From Albugo candida (taxonomy: Eukaryota), in NCBI GenBank assembly GCA_040437565.1, contig JBDOQK010000040.1:186001-250000 (forward strand): DNA of 64,000 bases, read 5' to 3'. A program made the position numbers and the translations under genes. Below, one piece after another: positions 11,100 to 23,947 of the stretch. Position 1 is the first letter of the stretch; each line of letters opens with the position of its first letter. The notes beneath the pieces are model-generated. The model was not told the DNA's origin, did no database searches, and was given only the letters and a program-made list of their open reading frames with translations.

Positions 11100-13100
11100 G
11101 GTAAGCACACGCAGCAATCTCATTTCTGCATGACATTTGGTGTTCTCGCGCAAAATATCGGCATATAGAGAGCGTATTTTGAAATGATACACGCTTTGCT
11201 CAGACTTATTGTTAAGTAAGCACATTCAAATCAAATTGATTTTCCACGTTTGAGACCAAGAAAAAAGTATCATGCATTCACTCTTTTGATGCATCGACTA
11301 AAGTGTCTTATAAGCTTGAGCATTGATTGCGGCCAAGCATGAAGCCGACCTTTTCTAAATCCGACTCGAGTACGCAGAAATTTTTTTAAGAGCCTCAAAA
11401 TCTGACTGTGTGACCCGTGGCTTTCTGTATCCTGGAAATAATCAACAATGAGTACCAATTTAATGCAGACTTTGTAACATATGGTCACTTTGAGTAAATA
11501 TGCCATAAATCAGGCTCTGACAAGGAATGAGCCAGCACAAAAGCACCATGGTTTTGGACACTATTCGAGCATTCCAGAGTTTTCATTGCAGACTGGCCAT
11601 TTAAGCTCCTATAAGCTGTATCAATTATGCACCACGTAATGAGTGTGTCTATAAAAAACGTGCTTGGGAATTGCCATTCCAGACAAGTCGTTCTTGCTCC
11701 CGATTTCTTCTTATCGAATGACAAGCCGATTATGACAAAATGAGTTGGAAGAGAGGTTCCCAAAGAGATCGTAGTTCGAATGTATATTGTAATGGAAATA
11801 TATGGTAGTTCCATGCGCTATAACGTCACAAATGCATTGTCAATCTGCGAAAGGTCATTCGGCATAAATTAATCGACTTGCTAAGCATCAGACATTCTAC
11901 TTAGTAACTGAAAGGTGATTATTATTGTGGATCGTTGAGAGAAGGCAATAAGGAGAACATACATATAAAATGTTGATGACCAGCTACTAAAAAGAGGTGC
12001 ACTTTCTCTAAGTCATTATCATGATGGCATGCGATGGTTGCAACTCGCCACTGACGTATCTGTTTACCAACAATCGCACGAGGAAGTTCCGTCGTTCCAC
12101 CTGTACTGAGTTGACTCAGTGAAGAGTAGATTAATATCTTTCCTGACATCTCTGGACCATATCGCGTGCATCCAAAATGTCTTGTCCGGGTTAAAAACTT
12201 TTTGCTTTTACGCTTCAACCGTGACCAATCCAGGTTTTTTGAATAGCCGGTATGAGCGGCACAATTAAGGCGGCATGGTTCAATATCATAAAATCCATCC
12301 TTCAAATTAAGATATGAATGAGGCGATGAATCACTAGAGTGACCATTCCTTAGGATACTTGATACTTGCTCCGGAAGAAAAGTCCGCCATCACGATCAAG
12401 ACAAGAAACCTGATGTGTTCGACCTCGACAACTGTTCCATTTAATCGGCTCTTTTTCGATGACACAACTGTTTTGACATTATTGCACCCGAGAGAACCCG
12501 CCAATGTCTTACTTCTCATGCGAGCCTTTCCATGACTGTAGTCTACATGTGTATGTAACGGTATGTCAAATTAATATTGGGCCCATTCGTTGTAGTAGAA
12601 TTCTATACCCAATGAGAACAGACGCCTGGTATCAAAATTTCGTGATAGTTTGGCAGCAAGGCAAGGAGCACAAATCGTCGTGGCAACGATTTATAAAAAA
12701 TTGGAAACATTGTGGAAACAGTAAAACGTCTTGTATTATTTTAATGCTGCGAACAACCCAATTATGTGGCGAATGAGAACTCAGGCAGAAAACTTCATTT
12801 GCCATGACATTTCTTTCGACAATGTGAATGGCTTTTGAATGACACGGATAAGTGATGCCTGCTCAGCGGGAAAGCTGCATATAATCTTGTGGATCTAGTA
12901 CTTCGAATTTTAATTTCTCAAACAATAAAGTCAATCTGAAATTGAATAGCCAGAGAATTTGATCAAGAGAGTGAGGAACCAGCTTCTTCAATTGCTTGCT
13001 AGGCACATATTTGGTAATGGTGGATCTTGTCGTCTGGTGCAGATAAACAGTGAGATTATTGCCCAAAGATGGTGAGACCGTTTAGGTAGTGGAAAGGTAG
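11100..13100. pseudogene. Decayed unidentified gene relic, paralogous to 60470-62620
   Basis: Co-linear shared words (GGTAAGCACACGCAG, AAAATCTGACTGTGTGACCCGTGGCTTTC, GATGGCATGCGAT..TGACGTATCTGTTTACC, TTGGCAGCAAGGCAAG). No intact ORF. Confidence 0.5.
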
Positions 13101-13975
13101 CGAGGATGCGATCATCTCACCGCATCGTCAAGAGATTGATGATGCTCCTGTAGTGCACGCATGCCTTCAAGAAGCTTCCATTGAGGAAAGGACAAAAAGA
13201 TATGAATCGTTGTATTTGATTCGAGAAGAGCAAGTCAAGAGGGAAGAGCATTCGTATTATACTTGTCAATTAACGCGTTCTATTTGCGGTGTCGTAGGAA
13301 ACAAAAGAGATTATAGCGTAATAAGATGCGCCAAATCTTACCGTTTACACATTTCAATGATCGCTTTCCAAGTCATCAATGCGGTTCTATGCAAAATCAG
13401 CGCTAAAAATGTAACTAAAGCAACAATCAGAGCACTCTGAAATGAACAACGACACAATAGAATTCTTCATACAAGCCTTACAATTCTAATTTCTTCAACA
13501 TTGAAAAAAGGAGGTAAAAGCTTTAGCCTATTTACTAGGATCATCAAGAAATGGAGACGTATTAGTCCAAAATTGTTCAGCGTTGGCACATCTATCGAGA
13601 AGAGTGAGCGGACCAATCGTGTCTGGAGGAAACACTTCACCTATTCTTACCATCTAATACGAGTACAAAGGTTTAAATTAATCCAAAGTCACCCAGATTA
13701 TTTTGAGGTGCTGCAATTGCGATTCCATCGAAACGACTGATAGCAACTGCAGTTTGATATCCCCAATATGGAAAAAAGGTAAGCACGTGCTTCCATGCAA
13801 CAATTGTGTGAGAAAAAGTCGACGCAAATTGACAATTAGGAAGACCCAACAAACTTTCAAGCCGAAGGGTAGTCATGTCATGGTAGTTTTCTAATAAAAG
13901 ATCCGTTGAGGTTAGAAGCGTGATGAGAGAACTATAAGTGATGTGACTCTGTAACATTTATGACACCGTATGTGA

Positions 13976-14459
13976 TAACATCAGACACGGGAAACTGCAG
14001 CTGGACAACGCCAGCTTTCCCGTCTCGAACAAAAGCCAAGGCCATAAAAGCAACTTGGCATTATACAGCAGACAATTTTAACTCTACGTGCTAAGATAAT
14101 TACTCTAATGAGGTTCCAAGTCATTTTATATCACCAGCGATAAAGTTCGGGTCATATACGTGTGAGCACTTTGAACGAAGAAAGGAATACTTGAAGATAC
14201 ACCTATTTGAAGAACCATAACGAGTAAGGAAGTCCTGCGGATGGAATTAAAGCTCCAAGATCGCTTTAAAAAGATTGGAGAACTGACGAATCAAATGAAG
14301 TGTGTTCCATTCACCAGGCCCTGGTCGATTCGAACAAATATTAAGGTGCATGAAGTAAATGTGTCAGCTAGTCAAATCCAACGCAATTAAATGGCATTGT
14401 TTTTGCTCAAGGCTTAACAGCTGGCGTTATCCAGCTGCAATTCCCCGTGTCTGGTGGTA
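13976..14459. mobile_element. MITE / non-autonomous TIR DNA transposon (~480 bp)
   Basis: Imperfect ~41-bp terminal inverted repeats: TAACATCAGACACGGGAAACTGCAGCTGGACAACGCCAGCT (13976-14016) and AGCTGGCGTTATCCAGCTGCAATTCCCCGTGTCTGGTGGTA (14419-14459). No transposase ORF. Confidence 0.7.
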
Positions 14460-14908
14460 TAGGTCATCCATCCGGTATCGTGGCAGATAGCACCTAACCA
14501 GTTTAGAATGGAAAACGAGTGTACAATTGTTTTCACGAGAGAGTTATCGTCATATCGCTTGCACTGCTTACATTTGTGTGCAACGAGACCTCATTCGGTT
14601 GTGAAATCCAGTAGATCGGAGATCCACAGCGTATACGATTGGTAATTTGAATTTTTTGGCCACAATGAGATGCTTCCTGATTATAAAGTCACCCTTTTGA
14701 GTACTTGTAGATCGAGCTGTACTTTGACTGCAATTTGATCTCGTTATTTGTATTTATGGGAATCAGACAATGCAAAAACATTATCCGCGTGTATACTGGT
14801 ATGGCGGTATACTTCTGTTATCAAATCATCTCCAGTGTAATGCATAAACAAATTGCGATTGTGCTTGCTCGGAAGCATGTCGCGCAGGATGTTGTGGACC
14901 AGGTGACG

Positions 14909-15106
14909 GTATTCACGATATAAAGTACCATATGTAGGTACTTGATCACGTAAACGTTCTGTTAAGCCTTTCCGTAAGCTTGCTAAATTTGTTTCTACTT
15001 TTCGTTAGTATTCACGATATAAAGTTCCATATATAAGTACTTAATCACGTAAACGTTTTACTGAGCCTTTCTGTAAACTTGTTAACTGTGTTTCTATTTT
15101 TCGTTA
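14909..15106. repeat. Diverged 99-bp tandem duplication upstream of copy C
   Basis: Units 14909-15007 and 15008-15106 both begin GTATTCACGATATAAAGT and end TTTCGTTA. Confidence 0.85.
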
Positions 15107-15268
15107 TCATGCGGCAGCTATGCGACAATACATTCGGACATATAGTATGGGAGTACAATTGTCTCTAAGAGATAACTAATGGTTTACATGTCCCTACTTG
15201 TTTTGTTCATTCGGTTCATTCCTCTCATTCTTCATTTTCATTTCTAGTCACCAGGTGCCTTCCCCGAC

Positions 15269-16060
15269 ATGAAGCTTGCTATAAATGGATTCCATGTGGT
15301 CGTCTGGCAAATTCTGACTTCAAGGATTCAAGGTCATACTTGTCCCTTCAAGGAAAAAGTCAAATGCGTATTATCAAAAAAAGGGACGGAAGGCGCAGTG
15401 CGTGTCCGGTTTTTATCCGGTCGACTGGCAGAGTCATTTTATGCGTGCAAACCAGACATTCTGACTGAATACGATCTCACCCCAGAAGGATCAGGCGCGA
15501 AGTGTGACACCTTTCAATACCATTTTCATGACAATAAATTAGTGATGTCGACAGACCCTATACCGGCATACCCAGTCGAGTATAAGGGGGCTAACAAGCA
15601 TAAGCACGGTTGGAGCATCAAGTTTAATACTGCCAAGTATCGAAAGAAGGGTAGAAACAGCAACACGGCCGTAGAGGAGACTCCGTTACAATTTGATGGT
15701 GGCTTTTTTTTCAATTTTGACGTACTAAGAATTGTGCTACCTGCAACATTTGTTAGATTCAAAGAAGATAGTACATACGAATTTACTTTCATTCAAGGCA
15801 GACCACCTCATGATCAATCACTCACCTTGGAAAGCATATCCGGCAAGTGTCTGGATGTTGAAAAACATCTTGAAAACGGTATTTTCGGCAGGGTACTGAC
15901 AAAATCGAAACAAGTAAGTTTTGTTAAGACTTCACACGAGACATTCGAAGTAATTGTGGGGCCCGCTGTCCCAAAAACTGATAAATCATTAGGCATCAGC
16001 CTATCCTGTCAAAAATTTCGAGGGTTTTCAGATCGATATTTCGAAGAAGAGACACGATGA
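15269..16060 (+). CDS. Secreted pepsin-lobe-like family, divergent short-tailed copy C (263 aa)
   Basis: MKLAINGFHVVVWQILTSRIQG (weaker signal peptide), CPFKEKVKC, CDTFQYHFHDNKLVMS, WSIK, FFFNFDVLRIVLP, GIFGRVL..VSF..VIVG. CTCATTCTTCATTTT at ~15224-15238 matches the oomycete Inr+FPR consensus. Confidence 0.8.
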   Translation: MKLAINGFHVVVWQILTSRIQGHTCPFKEKVKCVLSKKGTEGAVRVRFLSGRLAESFYACKPDILTEYDLTPEGSGAKCDTFQYHFHDNKLVMSTDPIPAYPVEYKGANKHKHGWSIKFNTAKYRKKGRNSNTAVEETPLQFDGGFFFNFDVLRIVLPATFVRFKEDSTYEFTFIQGRPPHDQSLTLESISGKCLDVEKHLENGIFGRVLTKSKQVSFVKTSHETFEVIVGPAVPKTDKSLGISLSCQKFRGFSDRYFEEETR

Positions 16061-16449
16061 TTCATTTCGTTCTCCTGGTGAGATACGATTGATTTTTCTG
16101 CACGAGATTGTTAGCCATTGATACTTATTGCACCAACGGATTAGGATAAAACAATTAAATTACTTGACATGTCACAGGAACCTAATTTGGTGTATCGGGT
16201 ACTTTATATCACCACCTGTTGATTACTCACTTATTTCATGACTTCATTGGCTATTGCAGTGTGGAGGTGTCTAAATTACAAAGATTAGACAAGCTGACTT
16301 CTTAAATTATAAATATACACGGAAGAAACGTTTCATTTGTATACCCTTGAAAGCGCTAACAGGTCTTCTCGCTGATAGCCTTTGTTTGTGCGCCACACTA
16401 GGCTGGAAAAGTAGCCCTTCCGCTATCCGCTGCCTGGGCAAGCAGCTTC

Positions 16450-19400
16450 AAATTGCGGTATTTCTTTACCGGATAAAACGCAATCAACTAGGACTTGATT
16501 CGGAGTTGTAGTTGCATTTCTACTTATCTATGCGGTATCCGCAGTAATGATCGTCAATTTCTGAGATCCTCCGCATGAATCGTTTCGTTACGAGGAGATC
16601 CACCATCTTAGAAAGCCGGATGCGCTCGTCTTGATCGTAACGCTGCCGTCAAAAGTGCGGTACGTGCGCAATAAACGTGTTGTAGATCATCACGGAAAGT
16701 GCTGGAAGTGTCGGAGACGCTGGTCTCTGCGAAGCAAGCCATAGATCTGGTAAAAGTTGCTGATAGTCATGCCATAATTTTGACACAATTGCACATGCTG
16801 TATGCGTCCAGCTTGAACGGGATGAGAAGAACTCATTTCAAGTAAAAAGTAGTTCCAGCGACATTTGTGCCGTGGGATCGCACTCGAGAAAGAGGCGGTG
16901 ATCGGATTCCACTGCTCAACACGAAGGGTGAGCGCACCATTTTTTTCCATGTCGGGCTAAATATCTTTTGAAAATCAGAAACGAGATCGAAAGGCCAGTC
17001 AAACCTGCACGCACTCAAAACCTGGAGTACCATGCTTTCAAATATGTCGTGAAGTAACGAAAAACGTTCGAGCTCGCTCTGTATTTATTGCTTCCGATCT
17101 CCCCAGTGATGACCGCTATATTGACATGAGATGACGCTTGGGAGCCTTCCAGACAAATTCTGAGAGTTGACGGCGTTGATAAGAGGGTGGAAATGCTTCT
17201 CCTCTTTAATTTGCACCCACACATTTAACGATCTGCCACTTGAACTTGATTGGACCCAGGTGATGAGACAAACCATCGAGTGGATGGATTGTAGAACTTG
17301 AGTGACTTCATTGTGAAGTCGACCTAGCAGCTTTGTTCTGCCATATCCGAAGTGTCCAGCTCTTCATCAGTGTCGTAGTGGTCGAAGCACGCTTTCTTCC
17401 TTGGCCATGAAAAACGTCTTCATTACTTCGGATGTCGAAAGCTTAGGCAAACAATTTCCGACATGTGCGATGTGGTTCGTCGACCATGCCAAGACTTTAT
17501 CTGACATTTTGCGCACCCGAAATCTGAGAGGCAGCTTCATACTGGAATATATTGGCTGCTGTAGAACAAAATTGGTTGGGCCATGTAATGCCACATTTTA
17601 ATGTGTGTTTCCACTAAGAGAATGTGCTCTTCCATTGAACCATATTCTCATGTTGATGTGGTGCAAGGGTGAATATGCCTGTTCATTGGCCTCAGTTGTC
17701 CAAAGGAAGGTTGAATAAGCTGTTATAATCTCTTCGAAGTAGCTGTCCGATTCGCAGGAGTGCTTGTTAACGCCTCGGATGTAAACTGCTGCAGGAACTG
17801 GATGCGCTGTAGCTTAAGCTGTACTCCACCGTCCTATGAACGAAGATATAAGAACTTTTTTGATGACCAGATTAACGGCTTTTAAATGCTTTTTATGTTT
17901 CCGACGAAGCACAAATCGATTTAGCATTGATTTCCACTGGTGAATAGGTTCTGCTGGTAAATCCACGTGCAAAGTGCAATGCCAAATACGTAATAAAATC
18001 TTCGTCTATGCAACTAATAGTCGACCACGGACACTACGTGCGCGTCGTAACAATACTACAAACCCATCAATGAACTTTTGCCACGAATCTAAATAGCCAT
18101 CGAATGAATTTTCGTCTCGCCGAACGGAATGCCCGAATACTTGACCGATTCCTCGGACCCATTACTGTCAAATTGAGAATATGTGGACACGGCATGGTCC
18201 GAATAATGAGACAAAATATGATTTTCTTGATCTCTCCGGAAATGGTGTCTAATTGTCTGTATAAAATAATCCAGCTGTGAAAGTCGTGCCATTGATCCAA
18301 ATGCCATGCTGTCCGAGTTGCCAAAGCCAAAAATTCAATCGTCATCAGAAAAAGAAATGCTGAGAGAGGATTGCCTTGTCTGACTCCTGATGTAGTCGAA
18401 AACGAACCTAGTCGATGAAACTTTTTCCCTCTTACCAAAACGCGACACATGTACGTCCAATTGAATCGATCGTAAGCTTTCTCAAAGTCGTGAAAAGTCG
18501 CATACCCTTCTCCCCACGATGAATGACCAAGTATTGTATGTCGATGAGAGATGTGGTGATGCATTGACCTTCCTCGCAAAAATGATTCCTAATCTTCATG
18601 GATCGATTTTCGTAACGCGCATTATGGTAGATGCACCAATGCTTTTAGACGTACTTTCACATCAGCGCAAAGCAGTGCGACGGTCGATAGTTGCCATGAT
18701 CACCTCGTAATCCCTTTTTTGTACAAAAAGGTGATTGCCGAGTGACGCTGTGATCGAAGTATAATGCCTCTCTCTAGCTTATTATCGAACACGATCTTTG
18801 CACACTCTCCTTCAAATCGATCTGTTAGTCCATCATACCTGTGCTTGATCGTTTCCGCCATCTCAGTCGTACTTAAGCGAGTTGTATGATGGTGTTTCTA
18901 TTAGAGAAATCTGAATGGAATGCAGTCGCTTCTTTTATTTCTTTAACATTGATCACCTGAGTCGGTCTCGAAGATATAAAGAGATCCCATTATACCACTT
19001 CAATGATCTCTGAATTCGTGAATAATTTCCCTCGTGTTCGATATCGATATAACGCTGCCACATTAAGAGTAACACTCTCAAACGGCACGCGACGGCAAGA
19101 ATTACGTGGAATAAAAAAAGAATGCTTGGAGGAGTTCCCCGTAGTTTCACATGGCGAACGAAGCTCTCATCTTGGTTTGGAAAAATGACGTTATGATTAG
19201 TGTCATGAGCACGATATTAAGCTACTGCGGCTTCCGAAATCCGCTGGCTATACTCAAAATCAGGTCGGCTATCTTGCGAAATATTTTTCTCAATTCCTTG
19301 GAGCTTTTTCTGTTTTTCGTCCTGCAACTTTCCCACTCGAAGTTGTCCGCAACTTTTCAAGGACCGTCTTCGCTTCCAGTTTGATTTCTTTGACAACTTG

Positions 19401-20200
19401 AGGATATTCAAATAGTCGTGATGAACATGTTTAATATCCTTGCCTCGGAGATTGAGTTGGATTTGCGAAAGTTACTTTCTGTGCCAGATGATCTCCCGCA
19501 TATCGTGGACGGAAACATTCTGAAGATTTTGTATACCATATTGAATAGATCTTCTGACATGCAGCTATATTCTAGTCGATTCTTTCGCGGTAATGGTCCC
19601 GTAAGAAAAAATTCAGTCGGATGTGGGTTCGCCAAGCGTCTACCACACCAAACTGCGAAATCCATTCCAAACTCGCTAATTGACTTGTTTCGTGCCGGAT
19701 TGTTCCACTCGAAGCATCACTCGCTGGATCGAGTGGTGTGTTGGAATCACCAAATAGGAGATGTGTTGCGGTCGATTCGAAAGTGTTGGAAAGCAATAAA
19801 TCATGAAAAAAACCTCTTACGTCGGTCTTGACCGGTGCATATACATTGTGTATATAAACTGGTGCATTGTGAATGAGAAGACGCATAACGGTTTCGAATG
19901 CTTCGTTCGGGGAGTTCTTTAGCTGGTGAGTAACCAAGAAAGTCCTCGCGAAGGATTGTCATCACACCGCCACTACGAATTTGAGTTGGATGAAGGAAAG
20001 CACTGTTGTGGTCATTGACAAACATTGTATGCTGCATTTTGGAATTAATAAAAATTTAGATGATTCCACCTGGTTGTGATCGTGAAACTTGGTTTATTGA
20101 ACACAAAAATGGAGTGTTGTAATAGGACGTGGTCGATAAAAAGATGACCATTTTTTGAATTCCATTGATATTCACCGTGAGGGCTGAAAAATTGTTCCAC
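16450..20200 (-). mobile_element. Degenerate non-LTR (LINE) retrotransposon, APE endonuclease + reverse transcriptase
   Basis: Minus-strand fragments: TVNING (~20180), IHNVYAP and LLFGDSN (19572-19937) for the endonuclease; DFEKAYDRFNW and GVRQGNPLSAFLF (18067-18579) for RT. Many stops and frameshifts; ends approximate. Confidence 0.85.
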
Positions 20201-23200
20201 GTTGAAATAATCGAGGAACCCTTAGCATTCACGCTAAAGTGGACCAGCGATCAACTTCTTCTCATAATTTTGTTGTGATGGTTTGAGTGTTGCAAATTTT
20301 GCGCAGCTCTCCATTTACCTCCAAATCATTGCGTCAACACTTGATGCCTACCTCTGAGCATGACAACGATAGCAGCACATTGAAAAGCAATAGACGACAA
20401 TGTGAGGCCCGAATCTAAATTACTTCCCTCTCAGTGGGATATTATATCCAGTGACCATTTTTGTAAAGAGCGGGGTCAGTACTCATGAGTACTAATTTCA
20501 TCATGGCTGAAGCTTTTGGCTGTCAAATCGAGAAATATTTTCGGCGATTACCATTACCACGAAGGTATTATTTGAAAAGTGTGCAACGCTTTTACTGTCT
20601 TAATTAAATCATTCTGGTCATTGAACGCTTCCCTGATAAAGCAACGGAAGAAAGACAAATACAAATTCCAACTCGAAAACACCAAACAGGATATCGCGCA
20701 AGCTCTGCGTTGTTTATGATTTCCGTAGGAAACCTTTGACGTCGCTTTTACGACCAAAACCTCTAGGGGCTCCTCGAAAAGCAAGTTATATTCTGTGTTG
20801 GCTTATTGCTAAGGCAGCTATTGTATGACGGTATTGAGAATAGGGCAGATTACGGCGATCCAGGAATCATATCATCAAACTCTGAGCTTCTTGATGTCAT
20901 GAAGTATGAATAGAGTTGGAGACAATGACGTCGGCTGCACCGCACACAAGCTCGGATGATTCCTGCAGTATCTTCTTATGCCGGGGCTCTAAGCAAACAC
21001 TCTGTTATTTCGAGATCCATTCTGTGGGCCAAGATTCTGCAGAGAGGACAGCTAGGGTGAATATACTAATGATATAGCTTCTTGTGCGTAGATTTTAGAG
21101 ATTTATCTCCATTACAAGAAACTGACGGTAGTTCACTCTATATGATGTAAAAACACGGCTATTCTTTCACTACTTCAATCCCAGAATGGGATATTCTTCT
21201 GTATGAAAATGAGTAGAAAAGAATAAACGCAGACTAGCGTTTCAGAATCGCTTCTATACTCGCGATATAGTAGAAATCAGAGATTACTCGTTCCATGAAA
21301 GGATTGCAATTGTAGGAAATAATGAAACATTTAGTGGTAAAACGAGCAAAAAAAGTGATAAAGAATACTGGCCGTGCATATATCACGCGTACATTAAAGT
21401 CTACCTAATCTGTAGACAAGTCGCAGTCCGATTCATGCTTACAATTGTTGAATTTAAAAGTACTTGAAATAATTGCCGCTCCGGTTGAGACTTGAGCGCA
21501 AATTTACTTACGTACCATTTATCGTTGTTCCGATATTCGCATTTAATGAGTAAGAAACAGTGCAACATCTGAGATGCTGAAGACGCTAAAGTGTCGCAGC
21601 GTGGCTAGTGCCTCACGTCAAACTCAACTGTACATGGATCGGTGCTTTGGGCAAAGGCCAGCCACAAAATCAATTCCATCAACTACTCACAGATACGCGC
21701 GCGCCCTCACCCGAAATACCTCAAGTTTATCTGGTTTTCTTACTTGCATGAGCGCGTTCGGAAAAATAAACAGCAAAGATGACACTCACTCTGGATCAAA
21801 TTTGTCGAGTCGAAAATGATAAGAAGACCGGCTTACTAGTATCCAAGTACGTGGAGAATAGAAATGATGTATTTGGCGATCGGAGAAGATGAGAAGATAT
21901 ACGATCACCGCATCTTGGACCAAGTAGAGTCCTTGATGGAAAACGACCGAAGGCCTCATAAGTTGGGATAGTGCGCTGTTTTACAAATTTAATCCAATCA
22001 ACTGTCAAGTCCTCTGTGCGTGAGAAGGTACTGCACTTTATACTTAATGAGTATCCTTCCCACTCGATTGGTTTTTATTTCTGTGTAGCCTGGAATCAGC
22101 TATACAACCCCAGTACTTCCAATCTCAGAGCCATTGACTAAAAATCTCAAAGATCCGACCTTTTCATATCGAGTTTAAGATTTCTATTATTGAAAACTTG
22201 TAGTCATTGCACCATATAATGAATAGAACTCAAATAAAGCTCTGTAAACTTTTCAAGAAAGCTAGGGTGCAATCTACTCAGCCTGCGATTTCCAGCTTCC
22301 TCATTTCAATTGTGAGAAGGTTCCGACTGAAACGATATAATCGTTAAGAGTTTCACTCAATTCAAGAAACCTGATGAAGTGTCAAATAGAAAATATTTGC
22401 AATAATCGAACACGCTCATACTCCTAATCCATTTCTATCGCTCCTTTTATAGCATTGTACTCTTCTTTGTTGCCTTTCGAGTTCATTTGGCTCTGAAACT
22501 ACTACCATTGGTATAAATCTACCTCGTTTTATTCACATTTTGATCAGCTATCGATTATCACTTCATCTCACTGATTCCTAGCTTATCTAATTGGATTGCC
22601 TCATGCACAGACTTATGACATGCAATTCTTCAGTCATCCGTACACACACTCCACCTTCGTACCACATTCACGTATCCAGTACTTTAAGGGCGCTTCATGC
22701 AATGCCTACGATGTAATTGAGTCAATTTCTAGCGCAGATAACGACTCCAAAAGTCCCTTTTTTCAAGCAAACGCCTTACGCAATACCCACCATCACAATT
22801 TCTTCATTCAAGTCATTGCAAGCTTGCTTTCTGAATCAATAAATTTGCATCTCTTTCTCCCGAAAAGCTTACGTCTCAACTTGGAGCCCAACGCTCCACG
22901 CCCGGTCCTGAATACCAATTCGAACTCGTTATTAGTGGTAGTCGTCGATGCGTGCTCCCTCGCACGTACGAAAGAATTTTGAACGATGGAAACACTTGCA
23001 AACTCCTTTTGTGGCTTACGAACTCTGATGGAGGAAGATAATGTGATTTTTATTGTACATTTCAGAACTTCTCTATCGGCTGGAGATCCGCAAATTCTAA
23101 ATTTTAGATTCCTAACTGTGAATCCTATACATTTTTGAGAGACAAAATGTTACTCGATGGGATCTTTCGCAGCAGTATCAGCAAAGACGCAAGAATATTG

Positions 23201-23947
23201 ACTCGAGACCGCGCAGAGGTGGCAGCTTGTTCATTGCGATGCTTCGTAAGCGGAATTATATGATACAGACTCGCCGAAGGTGATTGTGATATCGAGTGAT
23301 GCCCTGCAGGTCGTGCAAGTAGTCCTGGGAATCGTACTAGGTAGCAAATCTGGTTGTGAGAAGCCATCAGAAGAAATATGCCAAAACTAGCTACGAACAG
23401 GATCACACATACTCGTTGAAACGTGAAAGTGATGTGCTGCAGGGAACGCTCATGTTTTTATCGATCAAAACAAACTCACCGAGGACGAGAGCGAGGCATT
23501 ATTATAGAATCTTGCAAAAAGTCTTACCAGTAATTCCTCTGATTGTGGAGTAGCATGAGCTCAGTTAGTCAACATGGCTTGGTCATTTGATCTCCTGATA
23601 TCGTGCATCCCTGGTGGAAGCTTCATGTGATACACGAGCGTCAAAATTCAATTTAGCTGTGTGTGCTGTGTTGGTAAATCGGGGTATCAATCGTTTGGTA
23701 TGATGGAAGTTCAATCAATGAGGTGTCGTATTTGTAGGCACACGAGAAATACTTTGAGATTTTCCAAGTGAAGCGTTAAGGTATCTTGTTAAAAGTTGCT
23801 TATGAAGGGAATCCCAACTTGGACAAACCTAGTCTACGCTCAACTCAGCTGATTTATTTGATGGTGAACATATGACGACCGCTAGTTTCCGCTGTGGTAA
23901 AAGAAAAGCTCATTTGGATCATCTGAGGTATCGCCATCATGTGGTGG

